From Bdellovibrionota bacterium (GTDB taxonomy: Bacteria > Bdellovibrionota_C > UBA2361 > OMII01), in NCBI GenBank assembly GCA_044356215.1, contig JBIKWQ010000004.1, positions 3,748 to 67,747 on the forward strand: a stretch of 64,000 bases of DNA, read 5' to 3'. Both the position numbers and the translations under genes were made by a program. The notes under the pieces were generated by a model. It saw only the letters and a list, made by a program, of their open reading frames with translations. It did not search any database and was not told where the DNA came from. Shown one piece after another: positions 1 through 11,122 of this stretch (position 1 is its first letter; each line of letters begins with the position of its first letter).

Positions 1-810
1 GGCGCTTTTACTGTAATGCTCTACATGATGGAGGCGCGCGAGTACCTATGGGACCTCTTAGAAGAGGTTACAGGAGCTCGTCTAACGGTCTCTTTCGGAC
101 GCGTGGGTGGAATTAAGGATGATCTGACCCCTGGATTCGCTGAAAAGATGAAAGCAGCGTTTAAAGGCGTGCGGGATCACCTGGTCAACTGCGATCGTTT
201 GATGACGCGTAACCGTATTTTCATCGACCGTATGTGTGATGTGGCGATCCTAACGGCGGAAGAGGCCGTTAGTTTCGGTATTACAGGGCCAATGCTTCGC
301 GGCTCAGGGGTAAACTACGATATAAGAAAAGCGTTCCCTTACTCGAGCTACGACGAATTCGAGTTCGATGTGCCGCTAGGTACAAAGGGTGATAACTACG
401 ATCGCTTCCTGGTGCGTTTCCAGGAGATGGAGCAGTCTTTAAGGATCTGTGAGCAGGCGATCTCTCGTTTGCCAGATGGCCCAGTTATCGTAGACGATCC
501 GCATATAGCGCTCGAGCCGAAGGAAGAGGTTTACAAATCAATTGACGGGATGATTAACCACTTCGAGTTAGTGATGTACGGTGTTAAGCCGCCTCAGGGA
601 TCTGTCTATCACGCGATAGAAGGTGGAAATGGAGAGCTCGGTTTCTACGTTGTATCCGATGGAAGCGGCAAGCCGTACAGAGCGCACGTTAGGGCTCCTA
701 GTTTTATTCATATGGGTTCGATGCGGAAGATGTTGTTGGGGGCTAATATCTCCGACCTGATACCGACCTTTGGAATGATTAATATGATAGGTGGTGAGTG
801 TGACCGATAG
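1..810 (+). CDS. nuoD: NADH-quinone oxidoreductase subunit D (49 kDa/NuoD), 5'-truncated by window edge
   Basis: Open frame runs to position 1; C-terminal region resembles the NuoD/NiFe-hydrogenase large-subunit-like family; first gene of a nuo E-G-H-J-K-L-M-N run. Confidence 0.85.
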   Translation, partial: GAFTVMLYMMEAREYLWDLLEEVTGARLTVSFGRVGGIKDDLTPGFAEKMKAAFKGVRDHLVNCDRLMTRNRIFIDRMCDVAILTAEEAVSFGITGPMLRGSGVNYDIRKAFPYSSYDEFEFDVPLGTKGDNYDRFLVRFQEMEQSLRICEQAISRLPDGPVIVDDPHIALEPKEEVYKSIDGMINHFELVMYGVKPPQGSVYHAIEGGNGELGFYVVSDGSGKPYRAHVRAPSFIHMGSMRKMLLGANISDLIPTFGMINMIGGECDR

Positions 811-1414
811 TGGACAAGTTTTTCATATAAGCACGAAGAAGATCGCGCCGGTGACCAAGAAAGTGGTGCTCTCTGATGCCGCTGAGAAGCGGGCTCAGGA
901 GATCATACCACTATATCCGCAGAGTCGCTCGGCGATAATGCCGCTTCTTTACATAGCTCAGGATGAGCTCAGCTACATCTCGCAAGAGGCGGTTGAGTGG
1001 GTAGCGGATAAGCTCTCGCTTCCTCCGGTTCAGGTTTGGGAGGTCGCGACCTTCTACACCATGTATTACAAAAAGCCGGTTGGAAAATATCACTTTCAGG
1101 TATGTAGGACTCTGCCTTGCGCTCTGCGTGGAGCTAAGATGGTGTCTGATTACCTACGCGAAAAATTCAATCTCAATCCTGGCGAGGTAAGCGCCGACGG
1201 GATGTGGAGCTTTGAGGAGGTTGAGTGCCTCGGTTCATGCGGAACAGCGCCGATGTGCCAGATTAATGATGTGTTCTTTGAAAACCTATCTGAGGCGAAG
1301 CTAGATACGATCGTCGAGCGGATATCTAAGGAGAAGCCAGACCTACGATTCTCAACTGTGAAAGATGAGATAGGAGCTGGCCTCGCGGGGTTTCCAAAGT
1401 CTGAGATTAAGTGA
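791..1414 (+). CDS. nuoE: NADH-quinone oxidoreductase subunit E (24 kDa, thioredoxin-like 2Fe-2S)
   Basis: Motifs CRTLPC and CLGSCGTAPMCQIND typical of NuoE; overlaps the nuoD stop by 20 nt. Confidence 0.85.
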   Translation: MVSVTDSGQVFHISTKKIAPVTKKVVLSDAAEKRAQEIIPLYPQSRSAIMPLLYIAQDELSYISQEAVEWVADKLSLPPVQVWEVATFYTMYYKKPVGKYHFQVCRTLPCALRGAKMVSDYLREKFNLNPGEVSADGMWSFEEVECLGSCGTAPMCQINDVFFENLSEAKLDTIVERISKEKPDLRFSTVKDEIGAGLAGFPKSEIK

Positions 1415-1430
1415 AGTCTAACGATTCTTA

Positions 1431-3134
1431 GTGAGCAAAGTGATGTCTGATCCAGTGACTCCCAAGGCGCCTGAAGTGGTGAACCTGACGATCGATGGTA
1501 AAGCGGTAAGTGTACCCAAGGGGACTAATCTGATCGAGGCCGCGAAGGTGGCTGGCGTGGAGGTTCCTCACTACTGTTACCATCCGCACCTCTCTGTGGC
1601 GGGTAACTGCAGGATGTGTCAGGTCTCTGTGAAGGGACAGCCGAAGATGACGATCGCGTGTAACACGAACGCCGCTGAAGGGATGGAGGTTGCCACTCAC
1701 GAGACCAGCAAGGATGTGGCTGATTCTCAAGCGGCGGTTCTTGAGTTTATCCTTATTAATCACCCGCTAGATTGCACAGTTTGCGATCAGGCAGGCCACT
1801 GTAAATTGCAGGATTATCACTTCGAGTACAACGCTCGTCCGAGCCGTTTTCTTGAGGATAAAGTCCATAAAGTAAAAGCTCTACCACTCGGTCCAAATGT
1901 GATGCTCGATGGAGAGCGTTGTATTATGTGCACCCGCTGTATCCGTTTTTGTGATGAGGTAACAAAAACCTCTGAGCTTGGCATGCTAAACCGCGGAGAC
2001 CAATCGGTGATCGCTGTTAGCCCGGGAAGGGAGCTTAACAACGCGCTTTCTGGCTCAGTTGTTGACCTCTGTCCAGTTGGCGCGCTAACTCACCGTAAGT
2101 GGCGCTTTAACACGAGGATCTGGTTTACCAAACAAACAGAGAGTATCTGTCCTGGATGTTCAACTGGATGCAATGTGAAGGTCGCCGAACGTGATGGCCA
2201 AGTTACCCTTGTTAAAGCGCGTCGTAACGACGGTGTGAATAAGGAGTGGTTGTGCGATGAGGGACGCTACGGATTTGAGCGGTTCCTTCCAAAGAGTCGG
2301 ATAACACACGCGGTAAGCAACAAGGGTGGGGCGATCTCAAACAGTAATATATCAGAGGCGATAAACGCTCTTAAGGGTCAGCTTAAGACAGTTACAGTTT
2401 TAGCTAGCCCAGAGCTTCTTGTTGAGGAGTATTATCTCCTTAGACAGCTGATGTTGCGCGCCTCGTCTGTTAGTCGTGCTGTGATAGCTTACCGCGGGAG
2501 AACACTCTCTCAAGTTGAGGAGATCTTGGTTAGCCCGGACTATGCGGCTAACTTTAGAGGCGCTCAGTTAACTGGACTCGTCGGAGAGTCTCCAGAGCAG
2601 GAGTATCAAGAGGTTCTTGGCAAGATTAGGCGCAAAGAAATTGAGAACATTCTAATCTTAGGAGATCGAGCGATCGATTCACAAGATATGGATGATGCGC
2701 TCATTGAGGGATTAAAGGCGGCCAAGGTATCGGTTGCTCTTATATCAGACGCTAGCTCGCCGCTTGCTGCCGCGGCTAGTTATGTTGTCCCAGTGCGGGG
2801 AATACTTGAGAAGTCTGGATTGCTTCTAAACCGCGCGTTACGACTTCAATATACACAGAACGTGGTGTCCCTCGTTGATGGAACTACCCCAGAGTGGCGG
2901 TTTTTGGCGATGTTAGCAGACGCGGCCAATATAAAGATCGTCTCAGGGGATCTGAAGGCTATGAGTGACAGAGATCTAACGCGCTGGTATCTGGCGACTG
3001 ATCCGGTCTTAGCGCCGCAGGGGTTAACGATACAGACGATCAAAAACGGAGGGGTTCCGCTTGAGGCGAAGGGTCTCAGTGTCGGGCAATCGAAGGCTGA
3101 TGTGTCACAGGGAGCGTCGCCTTCAGCGGCGTAG
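1431..3134 (+). CDS. nuoG: NADH-quinone oxidoreductase subunit G-like (75 kDa family, short 567-aa form)
   Basis: N-terminal 2Fe-2S ferredoxin motif (C..CRMC), His-ligated cluster motif HPLDCTVCDQAGHC, CIMCTRCIRFC, CPVGAL and CPGCSTGC motifs; start could be GTG 1431 or ATG 1443. Confidence 0.8.
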   Translation: MSKVMSDPVTPKAPEVVNLTIDGKAVSVPKGTNLIEAAKVAGVEVPHYCYHPHLSVAGNCRMCQVSVKGQPKMTIACNTNAAEGMEVATHETSKDVADSQAAVLEFILINHPLDCTVCDQAGHCKLQDYHFEYNARPSRFLEDKVHKVKALPLGPNVMLDGERCIMCTRCIRFCDEVTKTSELGMLNRGDQSVIAVSPGRELNNALSGSVVDLCPVGALTHRKWRFNTRIWFTKQTESICPGCSTGCNVKVAERDGQVTLVKARRNDGVNKEWLCDEGRYGFERFLPKSRITHAVSNKGGAISNSNISEAINALKGQLKTVTVLASPELLVEEYYLLRQLMLRASSVSRAVIAYRGRTLSQVEEILVSPDYAANFRGAQLTGLVGESPEQEYQEVLGKIRRKEIENILILGDRAIDSQDMDDALIEGLKAAKVSVALISDASSPLAAAASYVVPVRGILEKSGLLLNRALRLQYTQNVVSLVDGTTPEWRFLAMLADAANIKIVSGDLKAMSDRDLTRWYLATDPVLAPQGLTIQTIKNGGVPLEAKGLSVGQSKADVSQGASPSAA

Positions 3135-3140
3135 AGATCT

Positions 3141-4238
3141 ATGTTTGAATTACTGGTTCTTTTAATTAAGGTTGGCTTCGTGCTGAATATGGCGCTGGTG
3201 TTGGGGTCGCTCTGCACCTGGCTAGAGCGTAAGGGCTCCGCTCTTATTCAAGATCGTGTTGGAGCAAATCGCGCCGGAGCGTTCGTTCAATCTGACAGGT
3301 GGTATGTAAAGCCAGCGTTACCGTTAATCCGTATGATGGGGTGGCTAGGTGTTATTAACACCCTTCTTTGTGATTCGGTAAAAGGGCTTTGGAAAGAGGA
3401 TTTCATTCCAGAGGGGACCTCAAAGTTTCTTCACGCTGTGGCGCCGATAATCGCTGTTTTGCCGATAATGTTGGCGTTCGCTGTTTTGCCACTCGCACCA
3501 GATTTTAACCTCTTTGGCTATTACATTCACCCGCGGGTGGCTCCGATCGACGCGGGGCTCCTGTTTGTGTTGGCGATGGGTTCAGTTGCTGTTTACGGAG
3601 TCGCGATAGCCGGATGGACAGGAAACAATAAGTTCTCCCTCCTCGGATCGCTCAGAGCCGCGGCGCAGATGATCTCATACGAGCTTCCGATGGGCGTGGT
3701 GTTTGTCGCGCTGATCGTTGTTTACGGGACTCTCGATGTTTACTCGATCGTTGAGAAACAAGGGGAGCTGTTGTGGGGAATCGTTCCCAAGTGGGGAGTC
3801 ATTGTTCAGCCAGTGGGCTTTGTGGTGCTGCTGTTAGCAGGCATGGCTGAGACTAAGCGTGGACCGTTTGATTTACCGGAAGCCGAGTCTGAGTTAGCGG
3901 CGGGATACTTTACAGAGTATTCGGGTATGAAGTTTCTGCTTTTCTGGTTGGGCGAGTTCTGTGAGATAGCGCTCTTCGCTCTCTTACTTAGCTTACTTTT
4001 CTTTGGTGGATGGCAGATCCCGTGGGTTAATTTGCCAGAAGGGGTTTGGTGGGCAGCGCTGATCGGCCACATCGTTTTGATGTCTAAAGTGGTGTTCTTC
4101 TGCATATTACAGATCGTTATCCGCTGGACGTTGCCGCGTTTTCGCTATGACCAGCTGATGAATCTAGGGTGGAAGATGTTGTTGCCAGTTAGTTTGTTGA
4201 ACTTAGCCGTAACGGCGATCGTTAAGGTACTAGCATGA
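3141..4238 (+). CDS. nuoH: NADH-quinone oxidoreductase subunit H (ND1)
   Basis: Polytopic membrane protein with ERKGSALIQDRVGANR motif near the N-terminus; position in operon. Confidence 0.8.
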   Translation: MFELLVLLIKVGFVLNMALVLGSLCTWLERKGSALIQDRVGANRAGAFVQSDRWYVKPALPLIRMMGWLGVINTLLCDSVKGLWKEDFIPEGTSKFLHAVAPIIAVLPIMLAFAVLPLAPDFNLFGYYIHPRVAPIDAGLLFVLAMGSVAVYGVAIAGWTGNNKFSLLGSLRAAAQMISYELPMGVVFVALIVVYGTLDVYSIVEKQGELLWGIVPKWGVIVQPVGFVVLLLAGMAETKRGPFDLPEAESELAAGYFTEYSGMKFLLFWLGEFCEIALFALLLSLLFFGGWQIPWVNLPEGVWWAALIGHIVLMSKVVFFCILQIVIRWTLPRFRYDQLMNLGWKMLLPVSLLNLAVTAIVKVLA

Positions 4239-4783
4239 GTTTTATCGGATTTGTAATCGGAGTAGTGGCGATCGTTTCAGGGGTCTGCGTAGTAGGGTTG
4301 AGAAATCCGCTCTACAGCGCGTTTGCCTTGGTGACTAATCTCCTGGCGATGGCGGGGCTCTACGCGGCACTTGACGCGCACTTTTTGGCGGTATCGCAGG
4401 TTGTGGTTTACGCCGGCGCGATCATGGTGTTGGTGCTATTTGTTTTGATGCTGCTCAATCTTAAGTCCGAGTCTGGGCGTAAGCTTGGATTTATCAGATC
4501 TGCGGTGGCGCTGGTGATCGGATGCGCGGTTCTACTATCAGCATTGCCTCCAGTGTTCGCCCGCTTCGCAGGAATGTCGGAGGTAACAGTTAGTGATAAC
4601 GCGCGTGACTCAGAGGGAACCGTCAAGGCGATCGGTCAGGAGCTATATACCAAGTATGTCCCCCAATTTGAGTTGTCTTCGTTAGTTTTATTGATCGGAG
4701 TGGTGGGGGCGGTGATGCTCTCTAAGCGCAGGAGCGTAACGTTACAGCCTAGAGCCGGTGGTCTAGTCGGGGGGAGTAAGTAA
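4235..4783 (+). CDS. nuoJ: NADH-quinone oxidoreductase subunit J (ND6)
   Basis: Small hydrophobic protein with NuoJ-like N-terminal helices; immediately follows nuoH with a 4-nt overlap; no nuoI in between. Confidence 0.75.
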   Translation: MSFIGFVIGVVAIVSGVCVVGLRNPLYSAFALVTNLLAMAGLYAALDAHFLAVSQVVVYAGAIMVLVLFVLMLLNLKSESGRKLGFIRSAVALVIGCAVLLSALPPVFARFAGMSEVTVSDNARDSEGTVKAIGQELYTKYVPQFELSSLVLLIGVVGAVMLSKRRSVTLQPRAGGLVGGSK

Positions 4784-4788
4784 TAAAG

Positions 4789-5091
4789 ATGAACTCTGTT
4801 CTTACATACGTAGCGCTTTCGATGGCGCTCTTTGTTATCGGCGCGATCGGGGTGTGTCTCCGTCGCAACGCGATAGTTGTTTTCATGTGTATCGAGATGA
4901 TGCTTAACGCGGTGAACCTAGCTTTTGTCGCTTTTAGCAAGCTTCACGGCAACCTCGACGGACAGATAGCCGTTTTCTTCGTAATGGTGATCGCGGCGGC
5001 TGAATCAGCGATCGGATTGGCTATTATCCTCTCGGTCTTTCGGAGTGTCGCTTCGGTTGAGACCACTGACGCGGGTGAACTGAAATGGTAG
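4789..5091 (+). CDS. nuoK: NADH-quinone oxidoreductase subunit K (ND4L)
   Basis: 100-aa three-helix membrane protein with a conserved acidic residue in the helix (ESAIGLAI). Confidence 0.85.
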   Translation: MNSVLTYVALSMALFVIGAIGVCLRRNAIVVFMCIEMMLNAVNLAFVAFSKLHGNLDGQIAVFFVMVIAAAESAIGLAIILSVFRSVASVETTDAGELKW

Positions 5092-6980
5092 GTGATATGC
5101 TAAGCTTGGAAAGTTTGTTGGCGTCGTTGGTGCTTATACCGGCGGTAGGATCGGCACTGTCTTACTTGGTCGGAAGGGTTTACCCAGCGTTGGCGGGAGC
5201 TGTCGCCTCGCTCGCTGTGATCGCGGCATTTGTCTGCTCACTCGCTTTGTGGAGCGGGCTGTCCTCTCTCTCAGGAGGAATAACCACTTCGCTTAGCTCA
5301 TGGCTTACTTTCGGGGATTTTAATGCACCACTAGAGCTTTACTTTGATCAGCTCTCAGCTGTGATGTGCTTAGTTATCACCGGTATCGGTTCGCTGATTC
5401 ACATTTATTCCATGGGATACATGGCTCACGATGAGAGTCGTCCACGATTCTTCGCCTACCTGAACCTTTTCGTGGCGTCGATGTTGGTTCTTGTCTTAGG
5501 TAAGTCGTTACCGGTTGTGTTCATTGGATGGGAAGGGGTAGGGCTCTGTTCTTATCTGTTGATCGGATTTTGGTTTACCAATCGTGATTACGCAAGCGCT
5601 GGTCGTAAGGCTTTTGTGATGAATAGGATCGGCGATGTTGGATTCCTGGTGGCGATGGCTGTTCTGTTCCGCTATTGCGGGACCCTAGATGTGGTTAGCT
5701 TGAATACCCCCGGAGTTTTAGCAAAGCTTCCCGCGGATCTCGGTCTAATCGCTGGACTCGCGCTGTTTGTAGCGGCTACTGGAAAGTCAGCTCAGCTTCC
5801 ACTCTTTACATGGCTTCCTGACGCGATGGCCGGTCCCACTCCTGTATCAGCTCTAATCCATGCGGCGACGATGGTGACGGCTGGCATTTACCTAATGGGA
5901 CGTATGCACGGGGTAATAGAGCTTGATCCGTTCGTTCCGGCGACGATTATGTGGGTGGCTATAGCAACGGCGGCTCTGTCAGCAACGGTTGCGCTAGCTC
6001 AAAATGACATAAAGAAGGTCTTGGCTTACTCAACAGTAAGTCAACTAGGGTTTATGTTTGTGGCGGTAGGAGCTGGATTCTACGCGGTGGCTCTGTTTCA
6101 TGTGGTAACACACGCTTTCTTTAAAGCGTGTCTTTTTTTGAGCGCTGGTTCAGTTATTTATGGCTGTCACCACGAGCAGGATATGAGACGAATGGGTGGA
6201 CTTGCGAAGAAGATGCCACTTACCTGTATCTCATACGGAATAGCCACATTAGCGATAGCGGGAATAGCGCCACTAGCTGGATACTTCTCAAAGCACGCGA
6301 TCTTCGAGGCTCTGGCTGAATCGAGCAATGTCTATCTCGCGGCTAGCTTGCCAACCCTTAGTTTAGTGGCGACTTTAGTTGCGATATGTACGGCTCTGTA
6401 CATGGCTCGCTCATTCATTATGACCTTCCTGGGATCGTATCGTGGGACGGAGCATCCTCACGAGGCTCCACTTGTGATGACAGCTCCGGTTCTTGTTCTG
6501 GCGCTCCTCTCAGTGGTTGGAGGTCTATGGCTACATCACTCTTTACCGGAGTATGTAACGGGGCCACTTCCGGCTACGTCGTTACACGCTGAAAGTGATG
6601 GCGGGTTGATGTCTTACATCATCGGATCTCTTCCGGGGATCGTAGGTATTGGTCTGGCTTTGGTGATGTATCTCTTTGTTCCGGCTATCTCTTCCGCAAT
6701 AAGTTCGGTCGCGTGGCCTCTAGAGCGGCTCTTCGCCGGCAAGTATTTCATCGATGAGTTGTACGATCGGTCGATAGTGAGGCCGTTAACCGGCATCTCA
6801 CAGGCACTCTCACGTGGTATCAATCAGACCTTCGTTGAGGGGAGTGGAAACGCGGTGGGGATAGTCACGCGCGCCGTAGGCGAGCTTACCTGCCGAGCAA
6901 CGTCGGGTCAGGTAGCGACTTACGTGTTAATAATGTTTGGAGCGATAGCGTTCCTACTTAGTGTATTTGTTAAAGTGTGA
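5085..6980 (+). CDS. nuoL: NADH-quinone oxidoreductase subunit L (ND5)
   Basis: 631-aa antiporter-like subunit; start at ATG 5085 or ATG 5097. Confidence 0.9.
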   Translation: MVGDMLSLESLLASLVLIPAVGSALSYLVGRVYPALAGAVASLAVIAAFVCSLALWSGLSSLSGGITTSLSSWLTFGDFNAPLELYFDQLSAVMCLVITGIGSLIHIYSMGYMAHDESRPRFFAYLNLFVASMLVLVLGKSLPVVFIGWEGVGLCSYLLIGFWFTNRDYASAGRKAFVMNRIGDVGFLVAMAVLFRYCGTLDVVSLNTPGVLAKLPADLGLIAGLALFVAATGKSAQLPLFTWLPDAMAGPTPVSALIHAATMVTAGIYLMGRMHGVIELDPFVPATIMWVAIATAALSATVALAQNDIKKVLAYSTVSQLGFMFVAVGAGFYAVALFHVVTHAFFKACLFLSAGSVIYGCHHEQDMRRMGGLAKKMPLTCISYGIATLAIAGIAPLAGYFSKHAIFEALAESSNVYLAASLPTLSLVATLVAICTALYMARSFIMTFLGSYRGTEHPHEAPLVMTAPVLVLALLSVVGGLWLHHSLPEYVTGPLPATSLHAESDGGLMSYIIGSLPGIVGIGLALVMYLFVPAISSAISSVAWPLERLFAGKYFIDELYDRSIVRPLTGISQALSRGINQTFVEGSGNAVGIVTRAVGELTCRATSGQVATYVLIMFGAIAFLLSVFVKV

Positions 6981-6993
6981 GGTAGGGGACGTA

Positions 6994-8637
6994 ATGACTG
7001 CAGCATGGCCTCCTTTAAGTTCAACTGTAATTATACCGGCTCTTGCGGCGTTAATAGCGCTTGGCCCGTGGTTCGCCAAAGAGCGTGATAATCAGGGACG
7101 TTTGTGCCGACTCTGGGCTCTTTTAGGTTCGGTCGCGACATTGGTGATAGTTCTCGCGATAGGTGTGGCCGGATTAGCCAACCCGCAAGGTTTTTTAAGG
7201 ATTGAGGAGAGCTATCCGTGGATCCCCTCATGGGGGATTTCGTTTCATCTGACACTAGATGGACTCTCTTTTGTTTTTGCTCTGTTAACCTCAATTATTT
7301 CTGTAGCGGTAATCGCGTGGGCTAACAAACCCGCAGCAGCCGGCCCAGCATGGTACGCTCTGCTTCTATTAGGACAAGCAGCGGTTACTGGGGCTTTCTT
7401 AGCCACGGATCTGGTTCTGTTTTATGTGTTTTATGAACTAATGCTAATACCTGTGCTTGGAGCAATGGTGCTGTGGGGTGGAGGCCGCAAGATGCAGGCG
7501 GCTCTTAAATTTCTGCTCTATACGATGGCAGGATCGGTGTTTATGTTTTTAGCGATCCTGTATCTCGGATGGCAGGGCGTTAGCACGATGCAGCAGCACG
7601 CTGGGACATCAGCATTCGCTTTTGAGATTACAACTCTCACCTCTTTACCAAAGGTTTCATACGGCGAGCAGATCCTGCTCTGTCTCTGCTTCTTAGTAGC
7701 TTTTGGTGTGAAGATTCCAGCGGTGCCGCTTCATGGCTGGCTTGCTGATACTTATCGTGAAGCTCCATACGGCGTCGCGGCTTTCACGGCGGCGTTGCTT
7801 GGAAAGGTTGGTTTGTATGGGATAGTTCGGTTTGTTATGCCGCTTTTCCCCGATGCCATGCATACCTTTGGACCTTATATAGCGGCCATCGGCGCGGTGG
7901 GAGTTATCTACGGAGGGCTCATAGCGCTTGTTCAGCGAGACGTTCGCTCACTATTGGCTTATTCATCCCTGTCGCATTTAGGATTCTGTATTCTTGGAAT
8001 AGCGGCGGCGAGTGATATGGCGGTGACTGGATCAGTCTTCCAAGCGGTAAGTCACGGATTAGTGACGGCGGCTCTCTTCCTAGTTTTCGGTGCTTTAACA
8101 GAGAGAGAAGGGGCGAGCGATTTTGAGAGCCTCGGTGGTCTGGCGACAAAGTTGCCGGTCACAGCTTTCTTCCTGATGGTATTTAGCGTAGCCGCAGTGG
8201 CTTTACCGCTAACGAGTAGCTTTGTTGGTGAGTTCTTGATCCTCATCGGCTCCTGGAAGAGCTATCCGCAGTGGAGTTTGCTGGCGATGTTCGGTGTGAT
8301 AATCGGCGCGGTCTACACATTGACGGCCTATATGAATACGATGTTCGGTGGTTGCTCTGAGACGGTTCCACTCAGAAGGAGTGATCTAAGAGGTGCTGAG
8401 GTTGTGGTGATGGGAGCCCTCGCTGTAATGGTTTTAGCTTTGGGAATATTTCCATCGCGAGTCTTATCTGTTGTTGAATCCTCGGTAAGTTTGAGCACTG
8501 ATACTGAGGAGAGACATATGCGAGCTTCTCCAAAGCGCGGGTTTATCTCAAATGATAAGAAGGCTAAATCGCACGTGCATTCGGTGTCTCTGAATGATGG
8601 AGCAGAAGGCTCCGTGAAAGATAGTTCGGAATCTTAA
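6994..8637 (+). CDS. nuoM: NADH-quinone oxidoreductase subunit M (ND4) with an ~60-aa hydrophilic C-terminal extension
   Basis: Antiporter-like subunit; ATG 6994 preceded by GAGGTAGGGGA; C-terminal tail is rich in S/D/E/K. Confidence 0.85.
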   Translation: MTAAWPPLSSTVIIPALAALIALGPWFAKERDNQGRLCRLWALLGSVATLVIVLAIGVAGLANPQGFLRIEESYPWIPSWGISFHLTLDGLSFVFALLTSIISVAVIAWANKPAAAGPAWYALLLLGQAAVTGAFLATDLVLFYVFYELMLIPVLGAMVLWGGGRKMQAALKFLLYTMAGSVFMFLAILYLGWQGVSTMQQHAGTSAFAFEITTLTSLPKVSYGEQILLCLCFLVAFGVKIPAVPLHGWLADTYREAPYGVAAFTAALLGKVGLYGIVRFVMPLFPDAMHTFGPYIAAIGAVGVIYGGLIALVQRDVRSLLAYSSLSHLGFCILGIAAASDMAVTGSVFQAVSHGLVTAALFLVFGALTEREGASDFESLGGLATKLPVTAFFLMVFSVAAVALPLTSSFVGEFLILIGSWKSYPQWSLLAMFGVIIGAVYTLTAYMNTMFGGCSETVPLRRSDLRGAEVVVMGALAVMVLALGIFPSRVLSVVESSVSLSTDTEERHMRASPKRGFISNDKKAKSHVHSVSLNDGAEGSVKDSSES

Positions 8638-8654
8638 AGAAGGGTAATAGTACT

Positions 8655-10103
8655 ATGAACGCTTTGGCTCCATTCGCTCCGATCTTGGTCCTATCTGTTG
8701 GGAGTCTTGGGTATCTTTTGGGTGGTCGGTGGCTCGACGCTATTAAGGCATCGGCTCTCTTCGCGGTTCTTCTTATAGCGGGAGCGATCTGGTGCGCTTC
8801 TGGTTTGGTTGACTCTCCAGCCGCTGCTCCCTATGGGATAGCGGTAAACGCTGGATCTAAGTTGCTAGCTCTAGTCGCGTGTGTGGCCGGTCTAGTCAGC
8901 ATAGTAGCGACCTCAGGCTCGCTTGAACGTGAGAAGATCTCAACTGTAAGCGAGTATTATTACCTGATGGTAACATCGCTCTGCGGCGCTTTAATTATGA
9001 TCTTCGCCGCAGATTTCTTGACCCTATTTATCGGCGTAGAGGTGGCGTCTTTAGCGCTGTATTGCTTATGCGCGTCTCGTGTCAACGAGAGCCGATCTTC
9101 TGAAGCGGCGATGAAGTACTTTCTCTTAGGGTGTTTTAGTTCTGGATTCCTCCTATACGGTATCGCTCTTTGGTATGGAGCCACTGGATCACTGGCTTTT
9201 GCCAGCGCTAATGCGAGCGGCTCTAGTGCGTCGATTATAGCGCTATCATTCCTGATGGTATTGGTGGGGATTACATTCAAGATAGGCTTAGCCCCGTTTC
9301 ATTTCTGGGTACCAGATGTGTACCAAGGCGCTCCAACCTCTGTAACGACCTTTATGAGCTGTATCGTTAAGGTAGCCGCGGTAGCGACGTTGATTCGCGT
9401 CTGTGTCACAACATTCGGCTTCACTGAACTATGGGCAGTTGGGCCACTCTGGTTAATCAGCATTTTAGCGATGACGATGGGGAACCTGTCGGCGTTGCGT
9501 CAGAGTAGTGTTAAGCGCATGTTGGCTTATTCCAGTGTCGCTCAAGCGGGCTACATGCTGATCGGAATAGTTGTAGCAGGAGCGTCCGCTGAATCTCTTG
9601 GAGCTACGATATATTATCTTATTTCGTATTGTGCGATGACGATCGGCGCGTTCGCGACGCTCTCAGCTCTTGGTCCAGATGTTGATGATATTAGGGAGCT
9701 TCGTGGGCTTGGCAAGCGTAGTCCTTTCTTGGCGACCTGTATGACTCTTTTCTTTCTGGCTTTGGCGGGGCTACCGCCTGGCTTAGCGGGATTAATGGGG
9801 AAGGTGTACCTTTTTTCATCAGCGCTTTCAGCGGAGTTTTACGGGTTGGCGATAATCGCCGCGCTGAATTCAGCTTTAGCGTGCGCGTATTACTTTAGAG
9901 TGCCGGTGGCGATCTTCTTTCAGGAAGAAGGGGCGGGGACTGGCGAAGTAGTAGCTAAACAGCCTAGCGAGATTAAGGTCGCTCCAGAGGCGGGATTGGC
10001 GATAGCTCTGTGTGCCGCGGCAGTTGTGCTGTTTGGGCTTTTTCCGGAGCCTTTGCTGAAAGCGGTTCGGGCCGCAGCGATAGGTATGGGGAATGTACAG
10101 TAG
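8655..10103 (+). CDS. nuoN: NADH-quinone oxidoreductase subunit N (ND2)
   Basis: 482-aa antiporter-like membrane subunit; last gene of the nuo run. Confidence 0.85.
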   Translation: MNALAPFAPILVLSVGSLGYLLGGRWLDAIKASALFAVLLIAGAIWCASGLVDSPAAAPYGIAVNAGSKLLALVACVAGLVSIVATSGSLEREKISTVSEYYYLMVTSLCGALIMIFAADFLTLFIGVEVASLALYCLCASRVNESRSSEAAMKYFLLGCFSSGFLLYGIALWYGATGSLAFASANASGSSASIIALSFLMVLVGITFKIGLAPFHFWVPDVYQGAPTSVTTFMSCIVKVAAVATLIRVCVTTFGFTELWAVGPLWLISILAMTMGNLSALRQSSVKRMLAYSSVAQAGYMLIGIVVAGASAESLGATIYYLISYCAMTIGAFATLSALGPDVDDIRELRGLGKRSPFLATCMTLFFLALAGLPPGLAGLMGKVYLFSSALSAEFYGLAIIAALNSALACAYYFRVPVAIFFQEEGAGTGEVVAKQPSEIKVAPEAGLAIALCAAAVVLFGLFPEPLLKAVRAAAIGMGNVQ

Positions 10104-10111
10104 GCGTGCTG

Positions 10112-11122
10112 CTAATCGCGCGACTTATCTAAAAACTCTCTTATCTCGCGCGCCCTATTTTGCGCCGAGTGGTTCTTAAACAATCTCCACTTGCACTCAA
10201 ACATCTCCGCGATCGTCTCTAAGATCTCACAAACTTTCGCTGTCTCCTCTCCGGCTACTTCAGCCCCGTGACTCTCTTGTAAACGACTCTCCAGAAGCTT
10301 AAGGAGATTCCCTATATCTCTTGGTAATCCTAGCATCTCGAGCTGACAACAGGCCGCGCCAGTTCCCAGGCTGACCTGAGTTCCGTTGCCGAAGAAATCC
10401 CCGACAACAGAGTTAATCTTCGAAAGGTGTCCTAGGATCTCAAAAACAAATCGGCGTTCTTTGTTGTCGCGAGCTTTTATAATTTCGGTCACTGATTGTT
10501 CAGCCTGACCCACTAGGTGAGCTTCTGTGATACCAAAGACATCCACCAAGATATTATCGATCTTGCGCTTGCATTGCAGACGGTAACCTAGAGCTGTTTC
10601 CCTCTGTTTCTGGGGGAATTTCGCTAATCCGCCGATATGCTCAGGTTGAATCGTGTTAGCTACAACAGCAAAGCGTTCAAGCGCTCTCTGGTTTTGCGGG
10701 GTCAGCTCGAGGGCTCGATCGAAAATACGCGCCGTCCGGTCGATGTCGTACGGGCGCAATCCGAATTGATACCATCCAACGATCTCAAGAGAGAGCGAGA
10801 CTAACGAGTGTTGTTGAGGGTCTATTACAGAGGGCCACTCCTCGGTGCGAAGGTTTTTAATTTGGTCAAAATCTGTGAACCCGTGAAACGACAATATCTT
10901 CCAGGCTAGTCTAATAGCGTCGCCAGCGGCCTTTCTGTCGCGTGGGTTCCTCTCGACTAACTCGAAGAGCTCTCTAAGCTCGCGCATCGCCGCCTCAACC
11001 TGCTGTTCAGCTAACCTCGCGGATGCGTAACGGCCACGGTACCCATTCTCGGCAGGGGATATATGGTCCCTCTGGGGTCCTTTAGGTTCATGTTGTCGAA
11101 AATTGTAGGCATCAGATGACAT
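10112..11122 (-). CDS. hypothetical protein (alpha-helical, E/R-rich, no TM segment)
   Basis: 336-aa ORF convergent on nuoN with an 8-bp gap; no recognisable motifs. Confidence 0.5.
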   Translation of the reverse strand: MSSDAYNFRQHEPKGPQRDHISPAENGYRGRYASARLAEQQVEAAMRELRELFELVERNPRDRKAAGDAIRLAWKILSFHGFTDFDQIKNLRTEEWPSVIDPQQHSLVSLSLEIVGWYQFGLRPYDIDRTARIFDRALELTPQNQRALERFAVVANTIQPEHIGGLAKFPQKQRETALGYRLQCKRKIDNILVDVFGITEAHLVGQAEQSVTEIIKARDNKERRFVFEILGHLSKINSVVGDFFGNGTQVSLGTGAACCQLEMLGLPRDIGNLLKLLESRLQESHGAEVAGEETAKVCEILETIAEMFECKWRLFKNHSAQNRAREIREFLDKSRD

